A DNA stretch of 41,291 nt, taken from contig JAZNOD010000053.1 of the NCBI GenBank assembly GCA_045580585.1, positions 1 to 41,291 of the forward strand. The letters are read 5' to 3'. Below are positions 38,497 to 41,291 of the stretch, piece after piece (position 1 is the first letter of the stretch; each line of letters opens with the position of its first letter). Made by a program: the position numbers and the translations under genes. The stretch comes from Eubacteriales bacterium. Its GTDB lineage: Bacteria; Bacillota; Clostridia; Oscillospirales; CAG-272. The notes under the pieces were generated by a model. It was not told where the DNA came from. It saw only the letters and a program-made list of their open reading frames with translations, and searched no databases.

Positions 38497-39105
38497 ATGT
38501 TTTATTTTATCAGAGGCGAGCTTGTTCTCATAGAACAAAATTTTGCCGTTATTGATGCGGCGGGTGTTGGGTACAAGCTGACCGTAAGCGGCCACACCCA
38601 CGCCGCACTCCCACGTGCCCCCGAAAAACAAAAAAACGTCACCCTTTACACCTATCTTTCGGTCAGGGAGGACGGCGTTGAGCTGTTTGGATTTGCCTCT
38701 CTTGAGGAACTGAATATCTACAAGCTCCTCATCTCCGTCTCAGGTATAGGTCCGAAAGCGGCTCTATCACTTCTGTCTTTTCTCTCGCCCGAAAAAATAG
38801 CTCTTGCGGTCTGTTCCGAGGACAAAAAGCTGATTGCCAAAGCCCCCGGTATCGGCCCCAAAACTGCGGCAAGGATAATACTTGAATTAAAGGACAAGCT
38901 ACATGCCGATGCCGCATCGGACGAAGGAGAGAGCTTTGTTGCCTCTAATAATACCTCCTCTGCCAATCATTCTTCGGAGGCACTTGACGCGCTTATGGTG
39001 CTTGGTTTTAACCGTTCCGCTGCTCTTGATGCGCTCAAAGGCATTGATCCCGCGACTGAACTTGAGGATATTATCCGAGAGGCGCTAAAAAAGCTTATGA
39101 GATAG
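38497..39105 (+). CDS. ruvA: Holliday junction DNA-binding subunit RuvA
   Basis: [15 protein letters not shown], HhH motifs VSGIGPK and [25 protein letters not shown]. Confidence 0.96.
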   Translation: MFYFIRGELVLIEQNFAVIDAAGVGYKLTVSGHTHAALPRAPEKQKNVTLYTYLSVREDGVELFGFASLEELNIYKLLISVSGIGPKAALSLLSFLSPEKIALAVCSEDKKLIAKAPGIGPKTAARIILELKDKLHADAASDEGESFVASNNTSSANHSSEALDALMVLGFNRSAALDALKGIDPATELEDIIREALKKLMR

Positions 39106-39118
39106 CTTGGAGTTTAAA

Positions 39119-40189
39119 ATGAATAACGATTTTGATTTTGAAAACCGCATAATGAGCGCAAGCTATGATGCCGTAGCTGATGAACCCGATAATTCATTGC
39201 GTCCGCACAGACTTGAGGAATACATCGGTCAAGAAAAGGTTAAGGAAAACCTCAAGGTCTATATCGAAGCCGCCAAAATGCGCGGAGATACACTCGATCA
39301 CGTGCTTCTCTACGGCCCCCCAGGTCTTGGAAAGACCACACTTGCCGCTATTATTGCCGCAGAAATGGGTGTAAACTTCCGAGTAACGTCGGGACCCGCG
39401 ATAGAAAAGCAAGGAGATCTCGCCGCATTGCTCACCAACCTTCAAGCGGGAGATGTGCTCTTCATCGATGAGATTCACCGCATGCAGCGTTCTGTGGAGG
39501 AGATCCTCTATCCCGCAATGGAAGATCATGCGATCGATATAATTATCGGAAAAGGTCCCGCTGCACGCAGTATCCGAATCGATCTTGCGCCATTTACCCT
39601 CATCGGTGCGACCACTCGCGCAGGACAGCTATCTACTCCCTTGCGTGATCGTTTTGGCGTCATCTCTCGCCTGGAGCTTTATACGCCCGAGGAACTTGCC
39701 GGAATAGTTACAAGAAGCGCGGGAATACTCGGTCTGCCTATAAACGAGGATGGAGCGCTTGAGATCGCGTCACGCTCCCGCGGTACACCGCGTATTGCCA
39801 ACAGACTTTTAAAACGTGTTCGCGATTTTGCGCAAGTCTCGGGAAAAGATACTATCGACGACGAGGTTGCCGCCTATGCTCTTGGCAAGCTCGAGATCGA
39901 TGAGCTTGGTCTCGATAACACCGACAGACGAATGCTTGAGGCTATAATCGATTTCTACGGCGGGGGTCCTGTTGGACTCGATACTCTCGCCGCGACTGTT
40001 GGTGAAGAATCGATAACGCTTGAGGATGTTTATGAACCCTATCTTATCCAGATAGGCTTTCTCGCTCGCACACCGCGCGGCAGAGTAGCTACAAAGCTCG
40101 CCTACGAGCATCTGGACAGGAAATATCCCGAGATAATTTCACCCGCAGAACAACTTAACATTGACTGTATTGACACGTCAAACCAATAA
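39119..40189 (+). CDS. ruvB: Holliday junction branch migration helicase RuvB
   Basis: [55 protein letters not shown] 39119 follows GGAG. Confidence 0.97.
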   Translation: MNNDFDFENRIMSASYDAVADEPDNSLRPHRLEEYIGQEKVKENLKVYIEAAKMRGDTLDHVLLYGPPGLGKTTLAAIIAAEMGVNFRVTSGPAIEKQGDLAALLTNLQAGDVLFIDEIHRMQRSVEEILYPAMEDHAIDIIIGKGPAARSIRIDLAPFTLIGATTRAGQLSTPLRDRFGVISRLELYTPEELAGIVTRSAGILGLPINEDGALEIASRSRGTPRIANRLLKRVRDFAQVSGKDTIDDEVAAYALGKLEIDELGLDNTDRRMLEAIIDFYGGGPVGLDTLAATVGEESITLEDVYEPYLIQIGFLARTPRGRVATKLAYEHLDRKYPEIISPAEQLNIDCIDTSNQ

Positions 40190-40210
40190 CCTTCCCACGG
40201 AGGAAACATA

Positions 40211-40993
40211 ATGTCCCGTTCTTACGATAAAAGTGTGATACGCGCTTTTATTCTTCTTGCCATTGCAACCCTTTGCGTGATTCTTTGCACATTTGTGTTC
40301 GCACCGCTTGAAATCTCAACTGTGACAAATATTTTATATAAGGATTCGCCGTTGCCCGCGCTTTTCTATTATTTGAGAAAAATACTTGAGACGATATATT
40401 TGTTTTTACTTTTTTCTCTCGTTTCCTTTTCTGAATATTTTTGGCACAACAACAAGCCATGCCGCAATGCTTTTCTCGCCCTTGCGGGAGGTGTTGCTTG
40501 CTTTAGATGGATACTTAATTTTATTGCATCTGCCCTCTTTTCGGGAGTCGTCAATTTCCTAAAGGAGCTTGGCGTTACCATTGCATACGCACTGCTTGAT
40601 ATTGCACTTATTTGTGTTGTCTGTTTCGTTGCAGCCGTATTGTGCAGAAAGCATTATGAGCGTGCGGAAAAACTCAAACGAGCTAAACGCCGTCTTTCGG
40701 GCATCGAATATGACGAGCGCGCAGAGGTCTACCCCTTTAACAGCTTTTTATCCTCGACTAATCCCGTGCTTTTCCCATTGCTCATCGGAAGCGCGATTTA
40801 CACAGCCTTCCTTGTTATTTCAAGAATATACTACGATTTTTCTTTCGGCGCACCCGATGGTATAGCAGAAGTCTTCTCCATCATCTTTGGATATACGGGT
40901 GATATTCTGACCGGCGCGCTTTGCTACGTACTTTGTTATTTTACCGTGATATTTTTATTTTCCGAAAATGATAGGTCAATGGATAATGAATAA
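40211..40993 (+). CDS. Hypothetical multi-pass membrane protein
   Basis: 260 aa, about 6 hydrophobic segments, AGGA RBS, co-directional with ruvB; no family recognised. Confidence 0.75.
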   Translation: MSRSYDKSVIRAFILLAIATLCVILCTFVFAPLEISTVTNILYKDSPLPALFYYLRKILETIYLFLLFSLVSFSEYFWHNNKPCRNAFLALAGGVACFRWILNFIASALFSGVVNFLKELGVTIAYALLDIALICVVCFVAAVLCRKHYERAEKLKRAKRRLSGIEYDERAEVYPFNSFLSSTNPVLFPLLIGSAIYTAFLVISRIYYDFSFGAPDGIAEVFSIIFGYTGDILTGALCYVLCYFTVIFLFSENDRSMDNE

Positions 40994-41011
40994 CAAAAAA
41001 GCCGGCGTCAC

Positions 41012-41291
41012 TAATGTGCCCCCTGTCAAGTAGACAGACTAAAAAACAAAAGAATTTACAAATTGAATAGATTCATACATCTCCCCCTGCTGCGCACCAG
41101 GGGGCGATTTTCGTCACGCCGCGGTGCGGAAATAATACTCCCACGGTCTGATACAGTTCAGACGTTTTTGGTAGCGACGAGTATTATAAAAGTGTATGTA
41201 ATTTTCAATGGCGGAAACGAGTTCTTCTCGGCTCGTAAACTTTTTAAGATAGTACATTTCAGACTTCAAAATGCCCCACCAACCCTCCATC
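41012..41291 (-). mobile_element. IS3-family (IS150-like) insertion sequence, right end (truncated by the window)
   Basis: Terminal-repeat-like TAATGTGCCCCCTGTCAAGTAGACAG at about 41012-41037, plus a transposase C-terminus reading toward it. The exact end is uncertain (41012 or 41015). Confidence 0.8.
41114..41290 (-). CDS. IS3-family transposase OrfB, C-terminal fragment
   Basis: Manual translation gives MEGWWGILKSEMYYLKKFTSREELVSAIENYIHFYNTRRYQKRLNCIRPWEYYFRTAA*, matching the IS3 integrase-core end (E.....LK.E, YI..YN..R....L....P). Confidence 0.88.
   Translation of the reverse strand: MEGWWGILKSEMYYLKKFTSREELVSAIENYIHFYNTRRYQKRLNCIRPWEYYFRTAA

Noticed and set aside
1-41291. CRISPR arrays, tRNA/rRNA genes, prophage or defence systems
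   Set aside because: Intergenic gaps are short and accounted for. No spaced direct repeats, cloverleafs or phage/defence-type ORFs were recognised by eye.

Overview
Core-genome segment of a spore-forming Clostridia-type (Bacillota) bacterium; the taxonomy is inferred from polC, the YlmC/YmxH gene, the ECF module and DUF951. A run of about 35 kb of minus-strand genes is transcribed leftward: ruvC, SAM methyltransferase, ecfA1-ecfA2-ecfT, truA, DUF5711-like protein, CvpA-like protein, Zn-finger Clp ATPase, degenerate P-type ATPase, ylmC, rpsB-tsf, pyrH-frr-uppS-cdsA-dxr-rseP-ispG-polC, acyl-ACP thioesterase, GH3 hexosaminidase, metF-metH, copA-copZ-dxs and a GNAT. This run converges on the 3' end of an ldh gene. 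A divergent plus-strand block (DUF951, yfhO-like, ruvA, ruvB, unknown membrane protein) ends at the right end of an IS3-family element that is cut by the window edge. I found no rRNA, tRNA, CRISPR array or prophage. The most unusual item is a full-length 893-aa P-type ATPase homologue in which every catalytic motif is lost (TGES, PEGL, DKTGT, DPPR, TGD, GDGxND). Next are a palindromic operator at the copA promoter that is neither CsoR- nor CopY-type, a MetH without a reactivation domain, the split of ruvC from ruvAB, and an IS apparently inserted into a terminator. All calls come from motif recognition by eye; no database searches were run.
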